Shown here piece after piece: positions 21,872 to 30,772 of a DNA stretch of 64,000 bases (position 1 is the stretch's first letter; each line of letters begins with the position of its first letter). The translations under genes and the position numbers were made by a program. The notes beneath the pieces were generated by a model, which had not been told where the DNA came from, did not search any database, and saw only the letters and a list, made by a program, of their open reading frames with translations. The stretch lies in NCBI GenBank assembly GCA_023423795.1, contig JAFAEX010000098.1:14620-78619 (forward strand), read 5' to 3'. The DNA comes from Chloroflexota bacterium (GTDB taxonomy: Bacteria; Chloroflexota; Chloroflexia; Thermomicrobiales; UBA6265).

Positions 21872-23044
21872 TTATACGACGGCCAGTTTGAGCGTCGGCT
21901 TGTAGGCGTCGTGCTCGCCCTCGTCGAAGATGCCGTTGCGCCGGTCCTCGATGACGAGGTTGATCTCGGCCTTGAGGGCGTCGAGCATGTCGGCTTCGGC
22001 GACGGTCTTGACGATCTTGCCCTTGCGGAAGATGACGCCCTTGCCGTTGCCGGCGGCGAGGCCGACGTCGGCGTCGCGGGATTCGCCGGGACCGTTGACG
22101 ACGCAGCCCATGACGGCCACCCGGATCGGCTCGTCGATCTTCGACAGGAACTCGTCCACCTTGTTGGCGAGCGAGAACAGGTCCACCTCGACGCGCCCGC
22201 AGGTCGGGCAGGCGATCATCGTCGCGCCCTTGGTGCGCAGTTCGAGGCTCTTGAGGATTTCGTAGCCGACGAAGACCTCCTCGACCGGATCGGTGGTCAG
22301 GGAGACCCGGATGGTGTCGCCGATGCCGAGCGCGAGCAGGGTGCCGATGCCGGTGGCGGAACGGACGCTGCCGGCGCGCGGGGTGCCGGCCTCGGTGACG
22401 CCGAGGTGGAGCGGGTAATCGTTGGGTAGCGCGGCGAAGCGGCGGTACGCCTCGAACAGGACCGGCAACTCGAACGCCTTGAGGCTGACCTTCAGGTTCG
22501 GGTAGTCGAGGTCTTCGAGGATCTTGATGTGCCCGAGCGCCGAGCGCACCAGCCATTCGGCGCGGAGTTCGACCTGCGACGCGCCCTTCTCGGCCATCTC
22601 ATCGACGAACTCCTTCGGCATCGGCGCGACCGAACCGAAGTTGACGCCGATCCGGATCGGGACATCCCGCTCCTTGGCCTTGGCGACGACCTCGATCACG
22701 TCCTCGTGCTTGCGGATGTTGCCGGGGTTCAGGCGCAAGCCGTGGATGCCGGCGTCAAGCGCCTTCAGCGCGAGGGTGTGCTCGAAGTGAATGTCGGCGA
22801 TCAGCGGCACGGGGGAGTGGGGAACGATGTCCGGCAGCGCTGCCGCGGCGCGGCGGTCGGGCACGGCGATGCGGACGATCTCGCAACCGGCGTCGGCCAG
22901 TTCGGCGATCTGGGCGAGGGTGGCCGCCGCGTCGCGGGTGTCGGCGGTGGCCATCGACTGGACGCGGATCGGGTAGTCGCCGCCGAGCTTGACGCCGCCG
23001 ACATCGAGGACGCGGGTGCGGCGGCGTGGGGCGATCAGGGACAT
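21872..23044 (-). CDS. ispG: 4-hydroxy-3-methylbut-2-en-1-yl diphosphate synthase
   Basis: Trimmed to ATG 23044 (MSLIAPRRRTRV). Motifs: IRVQSM...CEIVRIAVP...PLIADIHF...ACPTCGR...AVMGCVVNGPGE. Confidence 0.92.
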   Translation of the reverse strand: MSLIAPRRRTRVLDVGGVKLGGDYPIRVQSMATADTRDAAATLAQIAELADAGCEIVRIAVPDRRAAAALPDIVPHSPVPLIADIHFEHTLALKALDAGIHGLRLNPGNIRKHEDVIEVVAKAKERDVPIRIGVNFGSVAPMPKEFVDEMAEKGASQVELRAEWLVRSALGHIKILEDLDYPNLKVSLKAFELPVLFEAYRRFAALPNDYPLHLGVTEAGTPRAGSVRSATGIGTLLALGIGDTIRVSLTTDPVEEVFVGYEILKSLELRTKGATMIACPTCGRVEVDLFSLANKVDEFLSKIDEPIRVAVMGCVVNGPGESRDADVGLAAGNGKGVIFRKGKIVKTVAEADMLDALKAEINLVIEDRRNGIFDEGEHDAYKPTLKLAVV

Positions 23045-23178
23045 GGCAACAGGCTCCTCGGGTGGTGCGCCGCCGGCGGAAGGCGGGCGGTCGCCGGTGC
23101 GCGGAAGCATCACGGGGCGGGACCGGGAGCCGGTCGCGCCCGGCCCCGCGGATTGCGAAACCTTCGTGAAACCGGCCG

Positions 23179-24519
23179 CTACGGCAGGATCGATTCGCCG
23201 GAGATGATCCGGCCGACGTCGAAGAAGGCGACGACGAACATCACGCCGATCAGGACGACCATGCCGGCGAGATGAACCACGCCTTCGCGCTCGGGCGGGA
23301 TGCGCTTGCCGCCGCGCAGCACTTCGACAAGGATGAAGAACAGCCGCCCGCCGTCCAGCGCAGGAAGCGGCAGCAGGTTCAGGATCGCGAGGTTCAGCGA
23401 GAGCAGGATCGACAACTGCGAGAGCGCCACCCACAGGGGAACGGTGCTTTCGGCGATGAACTCGCTAGCGATCTGCCCCATGCCGATCGGCCCGGCGATC
23501 TGGCCGAGCGGGGCGCGCCCGGTGACGAGGTCGCGCAGGCCGGAGAGCATGCCGGTCGTCTGGTCCCACGCCTGCTCCAGCCCGCGCGGGATGACCTGCG
23601 AGGCGGGCACTTTCTCGAAGCGCGGGGCGGCTTCGGCTTCGAGCCCGATGGCGCTCAGCGGATCGGTGCCTTCGGGGATCGCCGGCACGGCGAGCGTGAG
23701 GGCGACGGTTTCGGTTCCGCGCTGGACGTCCATTGGCACGTCGGAGCCGGCGGAGCGGACGAGCGCCGAGGTCAGGACGACGCCGTCGGTCACGGGCGCG
23801 CCGTCGATGCTCACCAGCCGGTCGCCGATTTGCAGGCCGGCGTTCGCGGCCGCGCTGTCGGGAACCTCACCCGAGACGAAGACGTCGGCGGTGACCCGCG
23901 AATCCATGCTGACGCCGATGCGTCCCTCGTTGGCCGGCGGGTTCTCGCGCGGGGTGACCATCGTCTCGACGCGCTCGCCGCCGCGATCCAGCACGACGGA
24001 AAGGTCACGCCCGGCGAAGGTCGTCGCCATGGCCGACAGGTCGGCGGCATCCTCGACCGGCACGCCGCCGACCTCGATGATGCGGTCGCCGGGGGTCCAT
24101 CCGGCGTTCTGGGCCGGGGAGCCCGGGCTGACCGCGCCCACGTAGACACGGTAGGTGGGCACGCCCTGGAAGCCGACGACGGCCATGATAAGGACGAGCG
24201 CCAGCAGGACGTTCATCGCCGAGCCGGCGACGAGGAAGAACGCGCGCTGGGCCGGGCTCTTGGTGTTCATCGAGCCGGGGTCGGCGTTCTTGCCGTCTTC
24301 GCCCAGCACGCGGACGAAGCCGCCGAAGGGAATCCAGTTCAGCGACCAGAGGACGCCCTTCCATTCCCACCCCTTGGCGCGGGGCGGGATGCCGATCCCG
24401 AACTCTTCCACCTTCGCCCCGACCGCGCGGGCGGCGAAGAAGTGGCCGAATTCGTGGACGAGGATAAGGACGGCGAGGATCGGGATGATGTAGAGCGCGT
24501 TCAGCAAGCCGTCGGACAC
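23179..24519 (-). CDS. rseP: RseP/site-2 protease family M50 zinc metalloprotease with PDZ domains
   Basis: Trimmed to GTG 24519. Motifs: HEFGHFFAAR (HExxH)...NLLPLPALDGG. It is membrane-embedded and followed by ispG, as in many bacteria. Confidence 0.88.
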   Translation of the reverse strand: MSDGLLNALYIIPILAVLILVHEFGHFFAARAVGAKVEEFGIGIPPRAKGWEWKGVLWSLNWIPFGGFVRVLGEDGKNADPGSMNTKSPAQRAFFLVAGSAMNVLLALVLIMAVVGFQGVPTYRVYVGAVSPGSPAQNAGWTPGDRIIEVGGVPVEDAADLSAMATTFAGRDLSVVLDRGGERVETMVTPRENPPANEGRIGVSMDSRVTADVFVSGEVPDSAAANAGLQIGDRLVSIDGAPVTDGVVLTSALVRSAGSDVPMDVQRGTETVALTLAVPAIPEGTDPLSAIGLEAEAAPRFEKVPASQVIPRGLEQAWDQTTGMLSGLRDLVTGRAPLGQIAGPIGMGQIASEFIAESTVPLWVALSQLSILLSLNLAILNLLPLPALDGGRLFFILVEVLRGGKRIPPEREGVVHLAGMVVLIGVMFVVAFFDVGRIISGESILP

Positions 24520-24613
24520 GTGGTTGCTCCGGAAAAACGGGCCGGGCCGACCGGAATCGGACGCGGTGTGCGAATCGTGGCAATGGTACACCGCCGGGGC
24601 CCCGGCGGCGCGC

Positions 24614-24642
24614 TTCACCCGGTCCGTTATGGTGAGTATGCT
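24614..24642 (+). promoter_or_regulatory. Putative promoter of ald (TTCACC-N17-TATGCT)
   Basis: Hexamers at 24614-24619 and 24637-24642, with an overlapping TAGACT. This is the only AT-rich patch in the rseP/ald divergent gap. Confidence 0.4.
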
Positions 24643-24738
24643 AGACTCGCGCGCCGCGAGAAGGCACGGGAGATCGCCCGGGCGCGTACGGCATCGTGCC
24701 CGGCGCTGGCGTGCGCCGGGTGGGGGTAAGCACCAACC

Positions 24739-25854
24739 ATGATCGTCGGCGTTCCGAAGGAAGTGAAGAACTCGGAGAACCGCGTTTCGACCACCCCGGC
24801 CGGGGTCGCCGAATACGTCGGCCGTGGGCACGAGGTCGTCGTCGAAACGCGGGCCGGCACCGGTTCCGGGTTCGCGGACGCGGAATACGAGCGGGCCGGG
24901 GCGCGGATCGCGCCGACGGCCGGCGACGTGTACGCCGCCGCCGACATGATCGTGAAGGTCAAGGAACCGGTGGCCGAGGAGTACGACCTCCTCCGGCGCG
25001 GCCAACTCCTGTTCACCTACCTCCATCTGGCCGCCGACGAACCGCTGACCCGTTCGCTGATGGCCAACGGCGTGCAGGCGGTCGCGTACGAAACCGTGCA
25101 ACTCCCCAACCGCGCGCTGCCGCTGCTGACGCCGATGAGCGAGGTGGCGGGGCGGATGTCGGTGCAGGTCGGCGCCTACTACCTGCAGGCGACCAACGGC
25201 GGCGGCGGCCGGCTGCTCGGCGGGGTGCCGGGCGTGCCGCCGAGCAACGTGGTCGTCGTCGGCGGCGGCGTGGTCGGCACCAACGCCGCCCAGATCGCGC
25301 TCGGCATGGGCGCGAACGTGACGATCGTGGACAACAACGTCGAGCGGCTGCGGCAACTCGACCTGCTGCTGCACGGGCGCCTGCACACGCTGGCGTCGAA
25401 CCGGGACAACCTCGCCGAGGCGGTGCGGGATGCGGACCTCGTGATCGGCAGCGTCCTCCTGCCCGGGGCGAAAGCGCCGAAACTCGTCACCGAAGCGATG
25501 GTCCGTTCCATGCGGCCCGGCTCGGTAGTAGTTGACGTGGCGATCGACCAGGGCGGCTGCATCGCGACCTCGAAACCGACCTCGCACACCGACCCGGTGT
25601 TCGAACTCGGCGGCGTGGTGCACTACTGCGTGACCAATATGCCGGGCGCGGTGCCGCGCACTTCGACGCTGGCGCTGGCCAACGTCACCCTGCCGTACGC
25701 GCTGGAACTGGCCGGGAAGGGGCTGGTCGAGGCGGCCAGGGCTGACGCAGCGCTGGCGAAGGGGATCAACGTGCTCGATGGCCGGGTGACCTATTCGGCG
25801 GTGGCCGAAGCGTTCGGCATCGAGTACACGCCGCTGCCGGACCTGATCGGCTAG
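24739..25854 (+). CDS. ald: Alanine dehydrogenase
   Basis: Motifs: MIVGVPKEVKNSENRVSTTPAGV...MIVKVKEP...VVVVGGGVVGTNAAQIALGMGANVTIVD...VDVAIDQGGC. Confidence 0.93.
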   Translation: MIVGVPKEVKNSENRVSTTPAGVAEYVGRGHEVVVETRAGTGSGFADAEYERAGARIAPTAGDVYAAADMIVKVKEPVAEEYDLLRRGQLLFTYLHLAADEPLTRSLMANGVQAVAYETVQLPNRALPLLTPMSEVAGRMSVQVGAYYLQATNGGGGRLLGGVPGVPPSNVVVVGGGVVGTNAAQIALGMGANVTIVDNNVERLRQLDLLLHGRLHTLASNRDNLAEAVRDADLVIGSVLLPGAKAPKLVTEAMVRSMRPGSVVVDVAIDQGGCIATSKPTSHTDPVFELGGVVHYCVTNMPGAVPRTSTLALANVTLPYALELAGKGLVEAARADAALAKGINVLDGRVTYSAVAEAFGIEYTPLPDLIG

Positions 25855-25929
25855 TCGGCGGCGCGCCCACCCGACGGGCGCACGGGGGAGGGCCGCCGGC
25901 GGCTGGGCCGGCGGGGCACGGAGCACGCA

Positions 25930-26832
25930 ATGCAGCAGGACGTCGAGCGGTTTCTCCGGGTGCTGGAGGCGGAGCGGGGGTTCTCGCTCAATACGATCTT
26001 CGCCTACCGGAACGACCTCAACCAGTTCATCACCTTCCTCGGCGGAGGTGATGCGGACGAGGGTACGGCGGTCCGCTGGGACGCCCTGACCGACCGCGAA
26101 CTCCAGACGTACCTCGTGCACTTGCGCGACCGCGACTACGCCAGTTCCACGGTGGCCCGCAAGACGGCGGCGATCAAGTCGTTCTTCCAGTTCCTGTGCG
26201 CCGAGGGGCAAATGGGCGCCGACCCGGCCGCCCGGATGGCGCCGCCGAAGGTGGACAAGTACGTTCCCCGCGCGATTTCGCCGAGCGAGGTGTCCCGGCT
26301 GCTCGAACAGCCGGCCGACGCCGGCGACGGGCCGTGCCGGCCGGAAGCGATCCGGGACCGCGCGATGCTGGAAACGCTGTACGCCACCGGCATGCGGGTA
26401 AGCGAACTGGTGGCGCTCGATTGCGGCGACGTGGACCTCGACCGCGCATGCGTCTGTTGCGCCGGGAAGACGAGCCGCGAGCGGATCGTGCCGATCTGCG
26501 AAAGCGCCGCCGTCGCAATGCACCGCTACATGCACGAAGCGCGGCCGGCGCTCGGCTCGCACGAGGAGCCGGCGCTGTTCCTCAACCACCGCGGCAGCCG
26601 GCTGACCCGGCAGGGGTTCTGGCTGATCCTCAAAGCCTACGCGCAGCGGGCGGAGATCGGGGACATCACGCCGCACACGCTTCGGCACACCTTCGCCACC
26701 CACGCCATCCGGCGCGGCGCCGACCTGCGCGAGGTCCAGCACCTGCTGGGGCACGTGAGCATCTCCACCACGCAGGTGTACCGGCGGCTGGCCAGCAGCG
26801 CGGCGGCAACTCGCTCGGACGTGGCGGACTGA
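25930..26832 (+). CDS. XerC/XerD-type tyrosine site-specific recombinase
   Basis: Motifs: N-terminal SAM-like [23 protein letters not shown] and catalytic [36 protein letters not shown]. Confidence 0.88.
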   Translation: MQQDVERFLRVLEAERGFSLNTIFAYRNDLNQFITFLGGGDADEGTAVRWDALTDRELQTYLVHLRDRDYASSTVARKTAAIKSFFQFLCAEGQMGADPAARMAPPKVDKYVPRAISPSEVSRLLEQPADAGDGPCRPEAIRDRAMLETLYATGMRVSELVALDCGDVDLDRACVCCAGKTSRERIVPICESAAVAMHRYMHEARPALGSHEEPALFLNHRGSRLTRQGFWLILKAYAQRAEIGDITPHTLRHTFATHAIRRGADLREVQHLLGHVSISTTQVYRRLASSAAATRSDVAD

Positions 26833-26909
26833 CTTTCGACCTGACGCGGCGGCGCGGTTTCGCGGCGCCACGACGCCCCGGCCGGGACCGGGAGGAGCAC
26901 GAGACGAGA

Positions 26910-28328
26910 ATGAGCACCACGCCGGGGACGACGCGAGCCGCCACGATGGAGAAGATCGCCGCGCTGTGCAAGCGGCGGGGGATCGTCTTCCCCGGTTCGG
27001 ACATCTACGGCGGGCTCGCCAACACGTGGGATTACGGACCGATCGGCGCCGAACTCAAGCGCAACGTCAAGAACCTGTGGTGGGAGACGTTCGTCCACCG
27101 GCGGCGCGACGTGGTCGGGCTGGACGCCGGCATCCTCATGCACCCGAAGGTGTGGGAGGCGTCCGGGCACGTCCAGAACTTCAACGACCCGCTGGTGGAC
27201 TGCAAGACCTGCAAGGCGCGGTTCCGGGCCGACCACCTGATCGAGGAGCGGCTGGGGCGACACGTCGAGGGCAAGTCCCCGGCGGAAATGTCGGCAATCA
27301 TCCGCGAGGCCGGGCTGAAGTGCCCGAACTGCGGCAACGCGACGCTGACCGAAGCCCGCCAGTTCAACATGATGTTCAACACGACCATCGGCCCGGTCGA
27401 GGAGACGGGGACCGTCGTGTACCTGCGGCCGGAGACGGCGCAGGCGATGTTCGTCCAGTACAAGAATGTGGTGGCGACGGGCCGGGTGAAGGTGCCGTTT
27501 GGCATCGCCCAGATCGGCAAGGCGTTCCGCAACGAGATCACGCCGGGCAACTTCATCTTCCGGCTGCTCGAATTCGAGCAGATGGAGATCGAGTACTTCG
27601 TCAAGCCGGACGAGAGCGCGGCGGCCTTCGACGAATGGCTGAGCGCGATGAAGGGCTGGATGCGGCTGGTCGGCATCCGCGAGGACCACGTCCGCGTCCG
27701 CGAGCACGAGCAGGACGAACTCTCGCACTACTCCTCGCGCACCGTTGATTTCGAATACGAGTTCCCCGGCGCGATGGGCTGGCGCGAACTGTACGGCCTC
27801 GCGAACCGCACCGACTTCGACCTGAGCCAGCACCAGCAGGTGTCCGGCGAGGACCTGTCGTACTTCGACCAGGCCGAGAACCGGCGCTACATCCCCTACG
27901 TGATCGAGCCGACGTTCGGGGTGGACCGCACCTGCCTCGTGCTGCTGATCGACGCCTACGACGAAGAAGAGACGGTAGACGTCAACGGCAAGCCGGACAC
28001 CCGCGTCGTCCTGCGGCTGCACCCGCGGATCGCGCCGGTGAAGGCGGCGGTGCTGCCGCTGATGAAGAAGCCCGAACTGGCCGAACCGGCGCGCCGCCTC
28101 TTCGAGCGGCTGGAGGAAGAGGCCGGCGCGCTGGTCGAGTACGACGAGACCGGCAACATCGGCAAGCGGTACCGGCGGCAGGACGAGATCGGCACCCCGT
28201 TCTGCTTCACCTTCGACTTCGATTCGCTGGAAGACCACAGCGTCACGGTGCGCCACCGCGACGACATGAGCCAGGAGCGGATCGCCATTGCCGACGTGCC
28301 GGCGTGGCTGACCGAGCGCGTCCGGTAG
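26910..28328 (+). CDS. glyQS: Glycine--tRNA ligase (homodimeric alpha2 type)
   Basis: Track ORF trimmed to ATG 26910. Motifs: [39 protein letters not shown]...[25 protein letters not shown]. Confidence 0.92.
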   Translation: MSTTPGTTRAATMEKIAALCKRRGIVFPGSDIYGGLANTWDYGPIGAELKRNVKNLWWETFVHRRRDVVGLDAGILMHPKVWEASGHVQNFNDPLVDCKTCKARFRADHLIEERLGRHVEGKSPAEMSAIIREAGLKCPNCGNATLTEARQFNMMFNTTIGPVEETGTVVYLRPETAQAMFVQYKNVVATGRVKVPFGIAQIGKAFRNEITPGNFIFRLLEFEQMEIEYFVKPDESAAAFDEWLSAMKGWMRLVGIREDHVRVREHEQDELSHYSSRTVDFEYEFPGAMGWRELYGLANRTDFDLSQHQQVSGEDLSYFDQAENRRYIPYVIEPTFGVDRTCLVLLIDAYDEEETVDVNGKPDTRVVLRLHPRIAPVKAAVLPLMKKPELAEPARRLFERLEEEAGALVEYDETGNIGKRYRRQDEIGTPFCFTFDFDSLEDHSVTVRHRDDMSQERIAIADVPAWLTERVR

Positions 28329-28357
28329 CGAAGCGCGGGACCGCGGGACAACGAGGA

Positions 28358-28385
28358 GGGCCGCCCTCGATTGGGCGGTCCTTTT
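28358..28385 (+). terminator. Rho-independent terminator after glyQS
   Basis: Stem GGGCCGCCC (28358-28366) / GGGCGGTCC (28373-28381) with one G-U pair, loop TCGATT, then TTTT (28382-28385). Confidence 0.6.
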
Positions 28386-28460
28386 CGCGCCGGCGAGAAC
28401 CGGCTGATTGATCCGGAGCCGCCGTCAACGGTGGAGGGGTCGGCGGCGAGGCCGGTCCGG

Positions 28461-28733
28461 TTTGTTCGGTATTCATTCGGTATTTATTCGCCGTTTATTC
28501 GGCGGCGGATTTCCCATAACCATGCGGAAACCGGGTTTCTTCGGCGTCCCCCGCCAGCCTCGCGGGCGCAAACGGGGCGGGAGCACCCAGGAGGGCGTTC
28601 CGGGCGTTGAGGGTGGGAGGCGAGAGCGAACAAACACCATTTCGGACAGATAGATGCGTACGTACGCAGGGTCTCACGTTTGACCACATGCCGAAAAAAT
28701 ACCGAATAAAGGCCGAATAAATACCGAACAAAT
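28461..28733 (+). repeat. Copy A of an unclassified AT-rich element bounded by inverted arrays of 11-bp tandem units (MITE-like or iteron-like)
   Basis: Left array has TTCGG/TTCGC at 28465, 28476, 28487 and 28498. Right array has CCGAA at 28691, 28702, 28713 and 28724. Internal hairpin lies at 28510-28530. GCGAACAAAC (28626) sits exactly 30 nt before palindrome GCGTACGTACGC (28656-28667). A second copy lies at 48697-49087. Confidence 0.85.
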
Positions 28734-28817
28734 GGCCATCGCGAAGCCCCGACGGGTGCTTGCCAGCGGCCGGCGGCAGCGTAGGCAACCGCCCGGATTT
28801 TGTACAAGAACCGGTTT

Positions 28818-28922
28818 CAGAACCCCGCCAACTTCGCCCCGTCGTCGTCCCGAGCCTGTCGAGGGATCTCGTTTTCCCCGGATTAGTGCGGACGACGACG
28901 GGGCGAAGTTGGCGGGGTTCTG
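28818..28922. repeat. Perfect 33-bp inverted repeat enclosing a half REP site (probable bidirectional terminator)
   Basis: CAGAACCCCGCCAACTTCGCCCCGTCGTCGTCC (28818-28850) and its exact complement (28890-28922). The 39-nt loop contains CCCGAGCCTGTCGAGGGATCTCG, one REP arm. It starts 10 nt after the stop of the FDH membrane subunit. Confidence 0.9.
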
Positions 28923-28931
28923 AAACGTGCT

Positions 28932-29948
28932 CTACCTCGGCGAGCCCTTCCGGCGGGTCATCTCGAACGTCGCCTCCGGATCGTCCGCCGAGGCGTGGCC
29001 GGCGACGATGACGAGGTATCGAAGCAGGAAGCCGCCGGCCAGCGTGAGCAGCGTGGCCAGGACCGAGATGGGCCGGGCGTGGCGAGGAAACGATGCGGCG
29101 GCCGCGTTCAGGACGAGCGGAGCGGCGAGGCCCGCGCCGGCGACGCCGTGCCGGATCGTTTTGCCATGCCGTCCCTCGTGCAGCGGTTTTCCGCTGCGGC
29201 GGAGTCCCGTCAGCCAGGCCAGCAGGAGAGCCGCTTCGGCTACCCCGGCGATCTGCTCGAAGCGGGCGAGCCGGCCGTCGTGGCGGCGACTGGTAGCGCT
29301 CCTGACGAGGGCAACGGCGGCAGTCGCCGTCGAGAGGGCGGACGCGAGGAACAGCGGACCGAGGAGGACCGACCGACGCGCCCAGAGCGGCACCGCGGTC
29401 GCGCCGAGCAGGACGCCCGTATAGCCCGCGAGCAGCAGCCCGAGGCCGCCAGCGGCAACGTCGAGCAGGCGCGACGGCAGCAACCGGGTGACAGGCCGCA
29501 CGGCGGGCGGCAGGAGGCCGTCGGCGTCGGCCTGGAGCGCGACGGTGGCGGTCGCCGCGCCGCCGAACAGCACGAGACACCAGGTGCCGATGGACATTGG
29601 CGAGCGCAGTTTGAATACCCGCAGCATGTTGAGGAACCGCTCGGGCCGTCCGAGGTCGAGGATGAGCAGGGGAGGGCAGGCGAGGAACGCCGCGAACGAG
29701 ACGTAGCGGGCGGTCCGCACGACCGGTTTCGCTTTCCGGCCGCCGACCAGCGAGGCGACCACCGCGATCGCCTGCGCGCCGCCGGAGATACCTCCCAGGA
29801 AGAAGTAGACGATGACCAGCCACTTCCAGTGGGCGCGGTGGATGACGGGCACGCCGGCGTAGGAGCGCGGCCCCGAACGCTCTCGTTTCCTCCGCCGGCC
29901 GTCTCCGGGCTGCGGATCGGGCTGACCGCGCTCGCCGGATGCGTTCAC
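28932..29948 (-). CDS. NrfD/PsrC-type polytopic membrane subunit of the FDH complex
   Basis: Trimmed to GTG 29948, which forms a GTGA overlap with the upstream stop. Sequence WKWLVIVYFFLGGISGGAQAI..., with about 8 predicted TM helices by eye. Confidence 0.8.
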   Translation of the reverse strand: MNASGERGQPDPQPGDGRRRKRERSGPRSYAGVPVIHRAHWKWLVIVYFFLGGISGGAQAIAVVASLVGGRKAKPVVRTARYVSFAAFLACPPLLILDLGRPERFLNMLRVFKLRSPMSIGTWCLVLFGGAATATVALQADADGLLPPAVRPVTRLLPSRLLDVAAGGLGLLLAGYTGVLLGATAVPLWARRSVLLGPLFLASALSTATAAVALVRSATSRRHDGRLARFEQIAGVAEAALLLAWLTGLRRSGKPLHEGRHGKTIRHGVAGAGLAAPLVLNAAAASFPRHARPISVLATLLTLAGGFLLRYLVIVAGHASADDPEATFEMTRRKGSPR

Positions 29949-30772
29949 GATCGCTCCCGGAAGGCGAGGGCGGCGGCGAGCACGAACCCGGCGGCGGCGG
30001 CGAAGGTGGCGGCAAAGGCGGGAGCAGCCCGGCGCTGCGGCAGTTCCGGCGCGGCCGGGAGGTGGAAGGTCTCGGGTTCGTCGGTGAGGACGAACAGCGC
30101 GTTCAGGCCGCCGATATCGCCCGTCCCGCCGGAGAGGTTGTCCCCATAGAGTTGGGCCTTGTCGATGCCGCGGGCGCGCAGGGTTTCTACGCGCTGGCGG
30201 CCGTCTTCGAGCAACTCGGCGACCGGGCCGAAGCGGATCGAATCGGTCGGGCAGGCCTTGGCGCAGGCGGGTTCGAGACCGCCCCGGAGCCGGTCGTAGC
30301 AAAGGGTGCACTTGTGCGCGCGGCCGTCGTCGTGGCCGAGTTGCGGTACGCCGAAGGGGCAGGCTGGCACGCAATAGCCGCAGCCGTTGCAGACATCCTG
30401 CTGGATGTAGACGGTGTCGAACTCGGTGCGGATGATCGCGCCGGTCGGGCAGGCTTCCATGCAGCCGGCGTGGACGCAGTGCTTGCAGACGTCGGAGAGC
30501 ATCAGCCAGGCGACCATCGGCGGGCCGACCGCGACCTCGGCGGAGCGTTCGACGAAGGCGACGTGCCGCCAGGTGGTCGCGCCGAGGTCGAGCGTGTTGT
30601 CGTAGGACACGCCGGACAACCCGGGCTCGGGCAACTCGTCGGCGGGCAGCCCGTTCCATTGCTTGCAGGCGACTTCGCAGGCCTTGCAGCCGATGCAGAG
30701 GCTGGAGTCGGTCAGGAAGCCGACGGCGTGCTCGCGGAACTGGGGCTGCGCGCCGTTCACCAACTCAGGCAT
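29945..30772 (-). CDS. 4Fe-4S ferredoxin-type iron-sulfur subunit (FdnH/DmsB-like) with C-terminal TM anchor
   Basis: Four Cys clusters: CIGCKACEVAC, CKHCVHAGCMEAC, CNGCGYCVPAC and CTLCYDR...C..AC. The hydrophobic tail is AAPAFAATFAAAAGFVLAAALAF. Confidence 0.88.
   Translation of the reverse strand: MPELVNGAQPQFREHAVGFLTDSSLCIGCKACEVACKQWNGLPADELPEPGLSGVSYDNTLDLGATTWRHVAFVERSAEVAVGPPMVAWLMLSDVCKHCVHAGCMEACPTGAIIRTEFDTVYIQQDVCNGCGYCVPACPFGVPQLGHDDGRAHKCTLCYDRLRGGLEPACAKACPTDSIRFGPVAELLEDGRQRVETLRARGIDKAQLYGDNLSGGTGDIGGLNALFVLTDEPETFHLPAAPELPQRRAAPAFAATFAAAAGFVLAAALAFRERS

Noticed and set aside
23179-26871. 1230-aa minus-strand ORF, and similar giants (8361-11780, 50129-53362, 3867-5759, 57090-59507, 28495-30015)
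   Set aside because: Stop-codon scarcity in GC-rich DNA extends real genes upstream or opens antisense frames. The extra parts are low-complexity R/P/G/A strings lying opposite well-supported genes (ald, xer, nrdJ, rarA, tsaC and others).
28408-28653. ORFs inside the AT-rich elements with similar peptides in both copies (LFGIHSVFIR...MRKPGFFGVP versus LFGIDSAFIR...MRKPGLFGLP; also 48773-49168)
   Set aside because: The similarity is explained by nucleotide conservation of the repeat arrays and of both arms of the hairpin, of which one arm is necessarily non-coding. The frames diverge completely in sequence and length after the hairpin, and there is no RBS.
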